In this document: piece by piece, positions 38,261 to 51,420 of the stretch | How the letters are laid out: each line of letters starts with the position of its first letter | Position numbering within the stretch: position 1 is the first letter of the stretch | Source: Mobula hypostoma | Lineage: Eukaryota | Direction: 5' to 3' | Assembly (NCBI RefSeq): GCF_963921235.1 | Contig: NC_086097.1 | Coordinates: forward strand, 92,692,001-92,756,000 | DNA: 64,000 nt | The notes under the pieces: model-generated | Told to the model about the DNA's origin: nothing | Database searches by the model: none | The model's input: the letters and a program-made list of their open reading frames with translations, nothing else | Made by a program: the position numbers and the translations under genes

Positions 38261-39165
38261 ATACTTTATACTTTATTGTCGCCAAACAATTGATACTAGA
38301 ACGTACAATCATCACAACGGTATTTGATTCTGCGCTTCCCGCTCCCTGGATTACAAATATTAAATATTAAAAATAGTAAAAAATAGTAAATATTAAAAAT
38401 TTAAATTATAAATCATAAATAGAAAATAGAAAAATGGTAAGTAAGGTAGTGCAAAAAAAAACCGAGAGGCAGGTCCGGATATTTGGAGGGTACGGCCCAG
38501 ATCCGGGTCAGGATCCGTTCAGCAGTCTTATCACAGTTGGAAAGAAGCTGTTCCCAAATCTGGCCGTACGAGTCTTCAAGCTCCTGAGCCTACTCCCGGA
38601 GGGAAGAGGGATGAAAAGTGTGTTGGCTGGGTGGTCGTGTCCTTGATTATCCTGGCAGCACTGCTCCGACAGGGTGCGGTGTAAAATGAGTCCACAGATG
38701 GAAGATTGGTTTGTGTGATGTGTTGCGCCGTGTTCACGATCTTCTGCAGCTTCTTTCGGTCTTAGACAAGACAACTTCCATACCAGGTTGTGATGCACCC
38801 TAGAAGTATGCTTTCTAGGGTGCATCTAGAAAAATTAGTGAGGGTTTTAGGGGATAGGCCAAATTTCTTTAGTTTCCTCAGGAAGTAAAGGCGCTGGTGG
38901 GCCTTCTTGGCAGTGAACTCTGCTTGGTTGGACCAAGTCAGGTCATTTGTGATATTGACCCCGAGGAACTTAAGGCTTTTGACCTGTTCCACTTGCGCAC
39001 CACCAATGTAAATTGGGTCGTGCGGTCCGCTACTCCTTCTGAAGTCAACAACCAATTCCTTCGTCTTGCTGACGTTGAGGGATAGATTATTGTCTTCACA
39101 CCATGCCACCAGGTTCTTAATTTCCTCTCTGTACTCAAACTCATCATTACCCGAGATACTGCCTA
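38261..39165 (-). mobile_element. Rex1/Babar-like LINE 3' end
   Basis: WCEDNNLSLNVSKTKELVVDFR, KFLGV, KKAHQRLYFLRKL, (TAAAGTA)n tail. Confidence 0.88.
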
Positions 39166-39364
39166 ATTTGTGGCATTTCAAAGCCATCCTCAATATACTG
39201 GGTTAAGGACTTGACCACAGCAAGAGCGGCCTGGCCTGACCCTGGCTTGGTCTGGTGTTAGAAGATCTTCGACTAAGGGGGATATTCCTTTCAGTATGAG
39301 TCTCTCATGGAGTTTATAGAGGGCGCAGAGCAAGGAAGTCCGTTTGTAATTTTTAGGAATGTTG

Positions 39365-39978
39365 GGGCAAGACAGTGGCTATACTTCATTAGGAGTTTGA
39401 AGAGATTTGGTATGTCAACAAATAAACTCAAAAACTTCTATAGATGTACCATGGAAAGCAGTCTGACAGGCTGCATCACTGTCTGGTGGTGGTGGGGCGG
39501 GTTCTATTGCACAGGACTGAAAGAAGCTGCAGAGGGTTATAAATTTAGTCAGCTCCATCTTGGGTAGTAGCCTACAAAGTACCCAGGACATCTTCAAGGA
39601 GTGGGGTCACAGAAAGGCAGCATCCATTATTAAGGACCTCCAGCACCCAGGGCATGCCCTTTTCTCACTGTTATCATCAGGTGGGAGGCACAGAAGCTGA
39701 AGGCACACACTCAGTGATTCAGGAACAGCTTCTTCCCCTCTGCCATCTGATTCCTAAATGGACATTGAACCCTTGGACACTACCTTACTTTTTACATATA
39801 TATTATTTCTGGTTTTTGTACAATTTTTTATCTATTCAATATACATATACTTATTTATTTATTAATATTATTATTTTGTTTTGTTTTTTTCTTCTATATT
39901 ATGTATTGCATTGACTGCTGCTGCTAAGTTAACAAGTTTCACAACACTTGCTGGTTGATAATAAACTTGATTCTGAGT
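39365..39978 (+). mobile_element. Rex1/Babar-like LINE 3' end
   Basis: RQWLYFIRSLKRFGMS..NFYRCTMES, aataaacttgattctga tail. Confidence 0.85.
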
Positions 39979-41199
39979 CTGATATAGTCTCAGGATAAAG
40001 AGTAAGACTGATATGAAGAGTAATTTCTTTCCATCAAGCATTACTCTCCACTTTGTTGGTGCGCAGATTTTAAATATATTCAGTTCTGAGATTAATAGAA
40101 TTTTGGGACCCAAGATATCAGAGGACATGGGAATTCCATAGCAAAGTTGATAGGTACAGGACAGCCATTATCTTACAGAATGACAGAATTGGCCTTCCTC
40201 TCATAGTCTCCGCCAACATCACAAAAACAGATGACGTGAATATTTGAGTTCTGTTAGTGGAACCTCGCAGAGTACAAATTAGCTGTTTCAAAGTTTTCAA
40301 ATTTATGTTCATGACCTCTGCCTCACTGGCAAGACCAGTATTCATTGTTCACACTCTAAGTGAGAGATGGTGGTGAGCCTTTTTCTTGATCTACTTGCAG
40401 TTCTTCCGATGGAAGTGTTCCCACAGTGCTGCTAGGGAAGTAGATCCAGGATTTTGTCTCAGTGATGGTAAAGGAAGAGCAATATATTTCAAAGTCAATG
40501 TGGTGTGGGATGGATAACCTGCTGAGTGAGGGTGATGTGCCCAAACACTTGCTACTTCATCCTCTTTGCTGCATGCTACATGATGACTACTTCTAAAGAA
40601 ATTCCTCAGCTGGAGCATGGTTCGTAATGTCCTGTGGTGATTTGTAAACACGAGTTATTTTGTCCTGTTGTGGGCTGAATTTTCATCTTGAAATAATACA
40701 GGAAGGGCAGCATTTTCTACCATTCTTCAAATACTATTATTTTACACCTTCCCCTCCAGATATCAGGTGAGTATAACAGCCTTTGAGAAAAGAAAGGCAT
40801 TTGTGTTTAACACATTAGAAGATCCAGTCAATACCATTGTGGAACAGCCCCCATACTGCAGCAAAGAAGAATTCTGCAATTCCATTCACTTATCTATGCC
40901 TAATAGCCCATTCCTAAATAAAATATATTGATCTCAGTTTTGAAATTTACAACAGACCCTAAAACTGTGTTAACTTTGGCTGACTGGCTACATGAGGGAG
41001 GAGAGAGAAGGGAAATCCCTTGGATTTTAACCATCTTTGCTGTAGAAAAAAGTGCTTCCTGACATTACCTATGCATGACCTGGCTCTTATTTAAAATATA
41101 TAAATTCTTGTTCTGAACTCCACCACCAAAATTCACCAGCTACCCAACCAAAACCTACAATATAATCATTTAAAATACCTCAGGTGGAGATTTCAGGAT

Positions 41200-41638
41200 G
41201 ATACAATAGCTTCACAAGTCCAGCACCTCAGCTTCTGTCCTGACCTCTGGTGCTTTGTGGAGTTTGTACACCTTTCCTGTGACCACGAGGGTTTCTCTCA
41301 GGTGCTCCGGATTCTTCCCACATCTCAAGGATGTGCAGGTTAGCAGTCAGCCATTGTAATTTTCCCCCTCATACTTTATTAGGAGCTTGAGGAGATTTGG
41401 CATGTCAACGAATACACTCAAAAACATCTATAATTGTACAGTGGAGAGCATTTTGACAGGCTGCATCACTGTCTGGTATGGAGGGGCTAATGCACAGGAC
41501 CGAAAGAATGGACATTGAAGCTTTGGACACTACCTCACTTTCTTTAATTATACAACATTTCTGTTTTTGCACATTTTAAAAAATCTATTCAATATACATA
41601 ATTGATTTACTTGTTTATTTATTATGTTTTGTTTTATT

Positions 41639-41669
<31 letters not shown>

Positions 41670-41890
41670 GCTAGACTATGTATCGCATTGAACTGCTGCT
41701 GCTAAGTTAACAAATTTCACATCACATGACGGTGATAATAAACCTGATTCTGAGTGGCAGAATCTAGGAGGAATTATGGGAATGCATGGAGAATAAATTG
41801 GGATGAGTATGGTATTAGCGTAAATTGGTACTAGATGGTTGGCATCGCGTCAGTGGGCGGCCGATCCTTTTTCCATATAGTATGTAGCTA
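41200..41890 (+). mobile_element. V-SINE interrupted by a Rex-like fragment (about 41371-41752)
   Basis: V-domain ggagtttgtacacctttcctgtgacc...ggtgctccggattcttcccacat. Rex segment tactttattaggagcttgagg...aataaacctgattctga with (CT)n. Confidence 0.7.
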
Positions 41891-42157
41891 TAACCTTTCA
41901 ACCTTACTGCTCAAGGAAATACAAGGTCCTCAGTTTAACCCATTCAACCAAAACATCACTTTGGTATTTGGCAATGGGTGCTGCTCAAATTCGGAGAATC
42001 GTCTTGTCGTAAGGCACCTGATTGCTCAGTTTTGGAATTGACCAGAGCTCTGCAGCCGGAACTTAACTTTAATCCCTTTGCATTAAAGCCCGCTCTGTAA
42101 CAAATGTGAGAGAGCAACTTAAAGGTATCCTGATGCAAGAGGAACAACAGGTCTAAC

Positions 42158-42256
42158 CTCTGGCTCTTCCCCATGATGGTGCAATCCGAGATGAGCTGGA
42201 ACATCGACACCTGGAGGTATTAAGTCACCATGGAAATTGAACCTTGCTTGCATCTC
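42158..42256 (-). CDS. RPAP1: RPAP1 internal coding exon (99 nt, phase 0)
   Basis: tatttag|GAG ATG...CCA GAG|gttaga. Translates [33 protein letters not shown], containing the RPAP1/Rba50 signature 'RF..G.L......P.HLGLHHHG'. Confidence 0.96.
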
Positions 42257-43438
42257 CTAAATACAGTATGCAAAAAAAGAAAATATTAAATCCCATGGAC
42301 ATTAACACATTTTGTGAGAAAGAGGAGGGATCACATTTTAATTCAGCACAAACAGCAGGTTCTCATTTATATACTGATTTGAATTCAATAATGGGAACTT
42401 TGACTGTAAAGAAACATTTGTAAAACTGCATCCATGATGCATGTTTTACCTAAACTTCTGCCCCCAACCTCCGCCCATGCCCTGCCTTGATAAACTGAAT
42501 GAGGCTCAAGTCAATCACTTTCTCTTTGGCACAAAGGCCTGCTAGTCCAAAAAGTCAACATCATCCCTTTGGCTTTCTGGATTGCATGACAGTCTCACAG
42601 TCTCTCCCTATTCCAAGCCTGGGAGAGTCACTTCCGCTGTTTCTCACTGTTGAATGGCACAGCCTCATGGTCTCAGAGTTTCTCACTGGTCTATGATGGG
42701 TCACTTGACTCCTTGTTCCACCAAAGCACCACCTGGTCTCCGTCTTCCCCTGCTTCAGGACCCACCAGTCCCATCGCCTTGCTCATTATTCTGTGAAACA
42801 ACTCAGCCCCTCCCCTCAACTCTCTGCAGCTCCACATCTGGGACAACACAATCCCCACAGTCTACCTGCTTCTCAAGCAGGCTGTTCATGGAGAGATACA
42901 GGCCGTTCACTCCACTGAGTGAAAACTGACCACAAACCCACCCATTCAGTACCAGACTCTCTCTGTTCCATAACATGCTTTGGTATCTCCATGCTTTTTT
43001 GGAAACTTCCCAGACTTAAGACTATCACAGTGCTGCTCCGTCTCACAATCTCTCTCTCTTAGTGCCTTCACACAGCTCCTCCCTCACTCCTCCACACTTA
43101 TCTCCATGACAGAATTGCTGGATCTACAGACTCTATATTCCATTACTGAGCGATGCTCAGTCCTTCTGTTGCATGATAGTTACATTCAGTCTCTCTCTCT
43201 GTCTCTCTCTGTGCTCTGTGACATGTTGTCTTGAGACCCACATTTATGCCAGGAATGCTCACTCACACAGATTTACAGCTCATCCACAGGACTCTTCATT
43301 CCCACAATTTGCAACTGCTCCACATTACATGGCCACCCATTGGTCTCTCATTGTTCCATACGGGACTACCCAGTCCCAGAGTTTCTAAGTTAGAAAGGCC
43401 TTGAGCCATGTTACAGTATCTATATTGCCATAAGTCAC

Positions 43439-43554
43439 CTTATTGGTCTTCCGCCGTCTGGGTTTAGGCAGATCTTTCATCCATTCCAGTTTCTCATACT
43501 CCAACACATCCATGTGGACCCATCCTTTCTCAGGTTTCAGTGGAATATCAGGTT
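43439..43554 (-). CDS. RPAP1: RPAP1 internal coding exon (116 nt, phase 1 to 0)
   Basis: ttctatag|AA CCT GAT...AAT AAG|gtgact. Translates (x)PDIPLKPEKGWVHMDVLEYEKLEWMKDLPKPRRRKTNK, matching the RPAP1 'WxHMDxxExEKLxWxxDLP' segment as I recall it. Confidence 0.92.
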
Positions 43555-45724
43555 CTATAGAAATGCAGTAACATTATAGTAGCAGAGGGTAAGTAACCAA
43601 CAGGTCCAGATTTAAGCCGCCAAAAACTCTCAAGCAACATGGAAAAGCCTTTCCCTCAAAACACCACGGGTTCTTGCCATCTGCAACACAATTCCTGAAA
43701 GCTTATGGAAGCAAGTTCAGTAGTAACTTTCAAACGAGAGTTAGTTCCTTGCTGAACGAGACGCAGAGTTATAAGGGTTGCATCATTTAAAACAGAAGCT
43801 TTGAGAAATTTATTTTCAGAGGGTGGTGTATCTCTAGAATTCTTTAACCTAAAGAGTTGCGGTGACTGGTTTATCAAAAATGCTTAGGGTGGAACTAGAT
43901 GATTTTTTTAAACACTTGAGAATTGAAATCTATGGGGATCTGGCACAGAAGGGAGTTGAGGCCAGCAATAAACATATTGATTGGCTAAGCATTGTTAGTT
44001 ACTTCTGCTCCTAGGTACCTACCTGTGAAGGGAAACAACTCCAGGGGCTGTAACCCCCTGTGCTAAAAAGCTGGCATGGGCAAAATAAGTCAAATGGCTT
44101 CTCATGTCCTGCACAATACTTCAGACAGTGCAGTGTTAATGGAAGTGCTACAAGTAATAACATCTACATCAGCAATGTTAGTAGGGTAAAATTAGCCAAA
44201 ACGGAACAAAGAGCAAAGACAGTACAGCACTGGAACAGGCCCTTTGATCCATCATGTCTGAACTGGCCATGATGCCAATCTAACCAATCCCATCAGTCTG
44301 CACACGACCTATACCCCTCTATTCCCTGCTAGTTCATGTACCTGCCTAAACGTCTTTATTGTATCTGCTTCTATCACATCCCCAGGCAGTGAGATTCAAG
44401 CACTTTATTTGCAAAATAAGTTGCCTCATAAATCTCTACCTCTCCGCCCGAACAAAGGGACAGTACCAACTTCGAGGCTTACTCAGTTCTCTGGCTAAGC
44501 TTCCTGACTCCGAACATGCATCGTATCACCAGCCTTATTAAAGTCACTGGGAGAAATTGGCTGCTGTGAGAAGGACAAGGAAAGCATCCTGTTGTAAGAT
44601 TTTAATTGGGCAGTTTTTAAAAGTTATTTAACTTGAGCATATGTTGTTATATTGTTGTAAACACTACTGTTTAACAGGTGCTAAGTAGTTTTAATTGCAT
44701 ATGAATGTCAATGACTTACTTTAATATCTAATTAGAGTGACAGGCAGTGGGGCAATTGTGCTGCCAACATAACTAGCCACTTGCTGTACACAGGACCATG
44801 CTCTAGATTGGAAAGGTTCAGAGGGAACTGGACCAAACACAGGCAAATCAGACTTGCTCAGATAGTAAACACCTTGTTGACATGGACAAGCTTAGCTGAT
44901 AGCCATGATTCCATGCTGTATAACTCAATGGTGACATACTGTAAAAGGCTTGCACGGAACAACACTGGAAAATAAAGTTTGATCCAAGGCAAACAACTAA
45001 TGTCTTTGGTGCAGAGCAAAATCTGTCAGTGGTTCAAGGACAGTAAAAACTTTGAGATATTATATTGCAAGTACTAGTTACAATACAACACTGTGATAGA
45101 GTGAAGTGTGACACCAAGCAGCTGCTATTAAAATATGAAAACTCAGCTTCAGTTCCAGTCAGGCAGAAGAGAGTTACAGCTGGGGCACAACTGTAACAAA
45201 TCCTCCCGAGAGTACCCAAAAGCTGATGGCACAGTGCCACCACTGCACAGCCCCACATCAATCAGCGCTACTGGTAGAGGGTGCGCCTGTCTGACCAGAG
45301 CCACAGATCTGAAACTGTGAAGCATTACATTGCAGCACTCCACTCACTCTCCAACTGTAAAAAAGTATCTCTGCTTTATTGAAATGGATGCCTCAACTCT
45401 TGACCTGCTGAAGGTGATTTTCAGAAACAGTCATTGGGTCACAGGATCTTCAGAAACAGGATCTTCAGCACACCCACCATCAACCACCCATTCACACTTT
45501 GCCATTTTTCCATTAACTCTCCTTGGCTCTTCCTCCATACAAAGTTCAAAGTAAATTTATTATCAAATTACATACATGACATCATATACTACCCTGAGAT
45601 TCATTTTCTCACAGTAAGTACAAAGACATACAAAAGAATCAATGAGAAACTGCACACAACAGACAAACAACCAAAGACAAGCAAATTGGCAAATATAAAA
45701 AAGAAAAAAAATATATTATTAATG

Positions 45725-47159
45725 CAATGCCTTGGAAAAGTCTTCAACCCCCCCCCCCCACAACTATTTTCACATTTTACTGTCTCATTTTTTTTTAATT
45801 TAAAACATATTGAAATAGGATTTTTTGAGCTAATTTACAAAATCTTGTGCACCAGGTCAAATGAAAAGAAACTTTCCAAATCCTGCCAACAATTTACTAA
45901 AAATTAAAAAACTATTATTATTTGGCTAAAGAAGTATACATTTCCTTTGCAATTACTATGTTATCTATCCTTAGATGCAATATATGTATCACCTTACGAA
46001 CTCACCCAATTTGCTGTAGAAAATTGGAGTATTATCCGTTTTCAATGAATTCATAAGAATAAATGCCCTCTCTCTCTGTAAGGTCAACAGTATGGTAGAT
46101 TTTCAATAGACCGAACCAAAATGAAAATAAAAGAGTATTCAAGGCAAGTCAGGGAAATGATAACAGAGAAGAACAAATCTGGGGAAGGGTACAAGAACAT
46201 CTCAAGGTCAATGACCACACCTCAGAGCTCAGTGCAGTCCATCGGAAAGAAGTGGAAAAATTATGAAAGCACAGCCATACTGCCTAGGTCAGGCTGCCCC
46301 TCTAAGCTTAAGTTGCCGGAGAAGAATAGCACTTGTAAGAAAAGCTACTGTGACACCAACAGATACTGTACAAACATGGAAGAAATTTTTTGGTTGGATG
46401 AAACTAAAGTGGAACTTTTTGGCCTCAACACTAAGCAGTACCTGTGTCTAAATCCAATACTGCGCGTCAGCCAGGTAACACCGTCCCTACTGTTAAGTAA
46501 GGTGGATGTACCATCATGATATTGGGAAGCTTTTCAGCAGTAGGGACTGGAAATCTGGTCAGGACTGATGGGAAGATAAATGCTGCTAAATACAGACAGA
46601 TCCTGGATAAAAACCTGCTAGCCTCTGCCAGAAAGCTTAAGCTGGGGAGGAAGTTTGTCTCTCACTAGGACAAAGACCCAAAGCACACTGTTAGAGCAAC
46701 CACAGAGTGGCTTCAAATTAAGAAAATTTATGTCCTTGGTTGGCCAAGGTCCTGACCTTAACCCAGTCGAACATCTCTGACTGCTGTCCACCGTCGCTCC
46801 CCAACTAAACTAGCACAGTTTGAGCAATTTTGCAAGGAGGAATGGGCAAATCTTGCTCCATCACATTGTGCCAAGCAAATATCCAGAAAGACTACAGGAG
46901 GTGATAGTTGCAAGAAGTGGTTCAACTAAGTGCTGAGCAAAGGGGAATGAATATTTTTGAAATGCTGACATTTCAGTTTTTGATTTTTTAGTTTTCCATG
47001 CTTTACAATTTTCTCTACTCTTTCGGACTCTACTGTGGAAAAAAGGGGACATGTGATTCACAAATAAAATTCTTTTGTTAAATTGATCAAAATCCCTGGT
47101 TGTAATACTCATTTATTTGAACAAAGGGCTGAAAGGCTGAATACTCTTGTAAGACACTG
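45725..47159 (+). mobile_element. Tc1-like transposon, decayed
   Basis: Ends caatgccttggaaaagtcttca / tgaatactcttgtaagacactg|TA. Frameshifted transposase from 46121: KSGEGYKNIS, FWLDETKVELFG, DKDPKH, PDLNPVEHL. Confidence 0.9.
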
Positions 47160-47795
47160 TAAATAAATAAATGATTAATATTGAGTTTGAGAGCTGTAGT
47201 CTTTGGAAGCCCACATGGTCACGCAGAAAACCACCACAGTTGGCTCCAGACATCAGGATTGATCCTGGGTCACTCGAGCTGTGATGCAGCAGCTCTACAA
47301 GGTGCAGCAGTGTTGCCCTGAATGACGCCCATTCCAACACATCATCTGAGAGCTTTGGTCAATGCTCAGAAAAACGCAGGACAAACCACACCTACCATGC
47401 ATTCATTACCAAAGTGATACTTATAATGTAAATGTCAGTAGGGTAGCAATGGGCTCATTAACCATCTTTGACACAACTAAATAATCTCAGAAATTTATCT
47501 TACAGAGGTGTTACCAAAGTAAACTCTAAAGATTGGCAACACTTTACTGGCCCAACGAGCATGCTCTGCCAAGTAAATTAGGGCTGGCAGTGATACATTA
47601 TCACATACATGCATGGGATATACTATATTGCATCTCGGACAATATAGTAATTTATGCAGATTGTTTGTATACACAAAAGCATAAAAGCCAGGACCAATAG
47701 GCTCTGGGACAGCTTCTTCCACCAGGCCGTCAGACTGATTAATTCATGCTGATACATTGTATTTCTATGTATTGTATTGACTGTCCTGTTGTACA

Positions 47796-49512
47796 GAATT
47801 AGAATCAGAATCAGAGCCAGGTTTACATGTGACATTAAATTTGTTAACTTAGCAGCAGCAGTTCAATGCAATACATAATCGAGAAGAGAAAAAAATAATA
47901 ATAATAATAAACAAACAAGTAAATCAATTACAGTATATGTATATAGAATAGATTTTAAAACATGAAAAAATCAGAAATACTGTATATTTTTAAAAAAAGT
48001 GAGGTAGTGTCCAAGGGTTCAATGTCCATTTAGGAATCGGATGGCAGAGGGGAAGAAGCTGTTCCTGAATCGCTGAGTGTGTGCCTTCAGGTTTCTGTAC
48101 CTCGTACCTGATGGTAACAGTGAGAAAAGGGCATGCCCTGGGTGCTGGAGGTCCTTGATAATGGACGCTGCCTTTCTGAGACACCACTCCTTGAAGATGT
48201 CCTGAGTACTTTGTAAGCTAGTACCCAAGATGGAACCGACTCTCTGCAGCTTCTTTCTGTCCTGTGCAGTCGCCCCCTCCCCAACCCATACCAGACAGTG
48301 ATGCAGCCTGTCATAATGCTCTCCACAGTACATCTATAGAAGTTTTTGAATGTATTTGTTGACATGCCAAATCTCTTCAAACTCCTAATGAAGCATAGCC
48401 GCTGTCTTGTCTTTATAACTACATCGATACGTTGTTGACCAGGTTAGATCCTCAGAGATCTTAACTCCCAGGAACTTGGAACTGCTCACTCTCTCCACTT
48501 CTGATCCCTATGAGGATTGGTATGTGTTCCTTCATCTTACCCTTCCTGAAGTCCACAATCAGCTCTTTCGTATTACTGACGTTGAGTGCCAGGTTGTTGC
48601 TGTGGCACCACTCCACTAGTTGGCATATCTCACTCCTGTACGTCCTCTTGTCACGACATGAGATTCTACCAACAATGGTTGTATCATCAGCAAATTTATA
48701 GATGGTATTTGGGCTATGCCTAGCCACACAGTCATGTGTGTATAGAGAGTAGAGCAGTGGGCTAAGCACACACCCCTGAGGTGCGCCAGTGTTGATCGTC
48801 AGCGAGGAGGATATGTTATCACCAATCCGCACAGATTGTGGCCTTGCAGTTAGGAAGTCGAGGATCCAATTGCAGAGGGAGGTACAGAGGCCCAGGTTCT
48901 GCAACTTCTCAATCAGGATTGTGGGAATTATGGTAGTAAGTGTTGAGCTATAGTCGAAGAACAGCATCCTGATGTAGGTGTTTGTGTTGTCCAGGTGGTC
49001 TAAAGTTGTGTGGAGAGCCATTGAGATTGCATCTGCCATTAACCTACTGTGGCTATAGGCAAATTGCAATGGGTCCAGGTCCTTGCTGAGGCAGGAGTTC
49101 AGTCTAGTCATGACCAACCTCTCAAAGCATTTCATCACTGTCAATGTGAGTGCTACCGGCGATAGTCATTTAGGCAGCTCATGTTATTCTTCTTAGGCAC
49201 TGGTATAATTGTTGCCTTTTTGAAGCAAGTGGGAACTTCCGCCTGTAGCAGTCAGAGGTTGAAATTGTCCTCGAATACTCTCGCTAGTTGGTTGGCACAG
49301 GTTTTCAGAGCCTTACCAGGTACTCCATCTGGACCTTCCACCTTGCGAGGGTTCACTCTCTTTAAAGACAGCCTAACATCGGCCTCTGAGTCAGAGATCA
49401 CAAGGTCATCAGGTGCAGCAGGGATCTTCACAGCTGTAGTTGTGTTCTCCCTTTCAAAGTGTGCATAGAAGGCGTTGAGTTCATCTGGTAGTGAAGCATC
49501 ACTGACATTCAT
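47796..49512 (-). mobile_element. Rex1/Babar LINE (RT and 3' end)
   Basis: [44 protein letters not shown], (ATTCTG)n tail. Confidence 0.92.
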
Positions 49513-49894
49513 ACTATTTATTATAAATTGCTATAATTGCAGATTTAGACTGAGACATAACATAAAGATTTTTACTCCTCATGTATATGAAGGATTTAAG
49601 TAATAAAGTCAATTCAATTCAACTTGTAACTTCTTCCTCAAAAACTGAGGTCTGACCTGTTCAGATGGTGTAAGGGTATGAACACTGTATGATCAGAGGT
49701 GTTAGCTTTCACAAGGCCTGTGACCGCTTAATGGCATGTAACAGAACTCTGATCAATAATAGAAAGAGTGGGGAGCTTACCCAGTGTCCCAGCAAATACT
49801 CATGCTTCAATCAGTACTGCCAAAATAGATTAGTAGACTGTTTACTTAAGTTCTTTGTGTCAGATGATTGCTCTATTTCCTACATTGCAACATA

Positions 49895-50760
49895 ACCCTC
49901 CATTCCCCACATATTCATGAGTGAATCGAACAGCCTCTTAAACATCAGTATCCTGTCTGCTTCCATCACTGTACCTGGTAGCCCATTCCAGGCACCCGCC
50001 ATTCTCTGTGTCAAAAAAAATTGTTCAGTCCACCTCCTTTCAAACTTCCCTCTTTTACCTTAAATGCATGCTCTCTGGTGCTTGACATTTCTACCCTGGG
50101 AAAAAAATTCTGATTACCTTCCCCATTTGTCTCTCATAATTGCATACACTTTTTCAGCTCCTCCATCAACCTACAACACTCCAGAGAAAACAACCCAAGT
50201 TTGCCCAAACTCTCCTTACAGCTCTCATTCTCCAATGCAAGCAGCATCCTGATAAACCTCACCTGCACTCTTTCATCCATCCCGTAAAACAGAATTGTAC
50301 ACAATAAATAAACGTTACTACTTCCTTTTTTTGAGAACCTTAAATTTTATGAGAGAAACTGGCAGGTTTTGTAATGTTGTTCTACAATGTCGTTCTGTTT
50401 AAGTCTTATGTGAAAGTCATAGGTTTGAGATGTCTGGCCTAAGTCTGAAGTAGAAAAACAAAGCACATGCATGTTTCAGAATAGATTACAGCATAATACA
50501 GACCCTTTGGCCCACGATGTTGCGCCAACCTTTTAACCTACTCAAAGATCAATCTAACCCTTCTCTCCTCTCAGCCTTCCATTGTTTTTTTATCATAAAT
50601 GTGTCTATCTAAGAGATTCTTCAGTGCTGCAAATGTATCTGCCTTTAATACCACACCTGGCAGGGCATTCCTTACACTCACCATTCTGTGTGTAAAGAAC
50701 TTACCTCTGACATCCCCACTATTCTTTCTTCCAATCACCTTATAAGTATGCCCCCTTGAA
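49895..50760 (-). mobile_element. Two decayed CR1 3' fragments
   Basis: GKFFTHRMVSVRNALP (ORF 50571-50810) and a similar segment at 49900-50310. Confidence 0.7.
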
Positions 50761-51042
50761 GCTTTTACCAGGTATGAGCAACACACCATGGGTAAGCAGC
50801 AGTCAACCATCCCAAACTGTTGGTAGGTGAAGACAGGGGCACCAGTGCCAAAAACCGTGCCAAGGTCAAGATATCAAATTACACACCAGAGAACTTCCAA
50901 CAGCATAATTAAGCCTAGAACTGAGCCAAAGAGATTGCCCTTCCCCAGATTCAACTCGATTTGGTCTCACAGCACCTTTCCAGCAGAAAAATACTGATCT
51001 TGCTGCAAAATATTGCACTTGACTCTGATAACTTTGACTAAT

Positions 51043-51420
51043 GGGTGGTGGTGTGGAGATGTGTCTCTATCAAAGGAGGTACAAGACACTCCTTCCCCTC
51101 CACAAGCCCGCAGGTCACACTTGGGCAAGGCGTAGCACCTGCTTAGCGCCCACCCCATCCAGGGTCACGTGAAGCCATGGGGTCAACTGGTGGATGGTCG
51201 TATGAGCAGCTGGTTCATATCACAAATCCTGTTTATACGACCACCGACGTCAGGCAGGCAATCTTGGAAGAGTACTGATAATGGATGGGGTCACCCATCT
51301 TTTAAAGACACTGCCCAGAAGAAGGAACTGGCTAACCACTTCTGTATAAAAATTTGCCAAGAACAATCTTGGTCATGGAAAGACCATGATTGCCCACATC
51401 ATATGACACAGTGCAACAGC
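51043..51420 (+). mobile_element. RTE-derived SINE-like element (partly duplicated at 52949-53266)
   Basis: Same family as 1260-1641, with gaaggaactggctaaccacttctgta...tttgccaagaa. Confidence 0.6.

Noticed and set aside
44023..44062. Possible extra RPAP1 mini-exon (CAG|gtaggt donor, phase 1)
   Set aside because: No recognisable RPAP1 similarity, an in-frame stop just upstream and an ambiguous acceptor.
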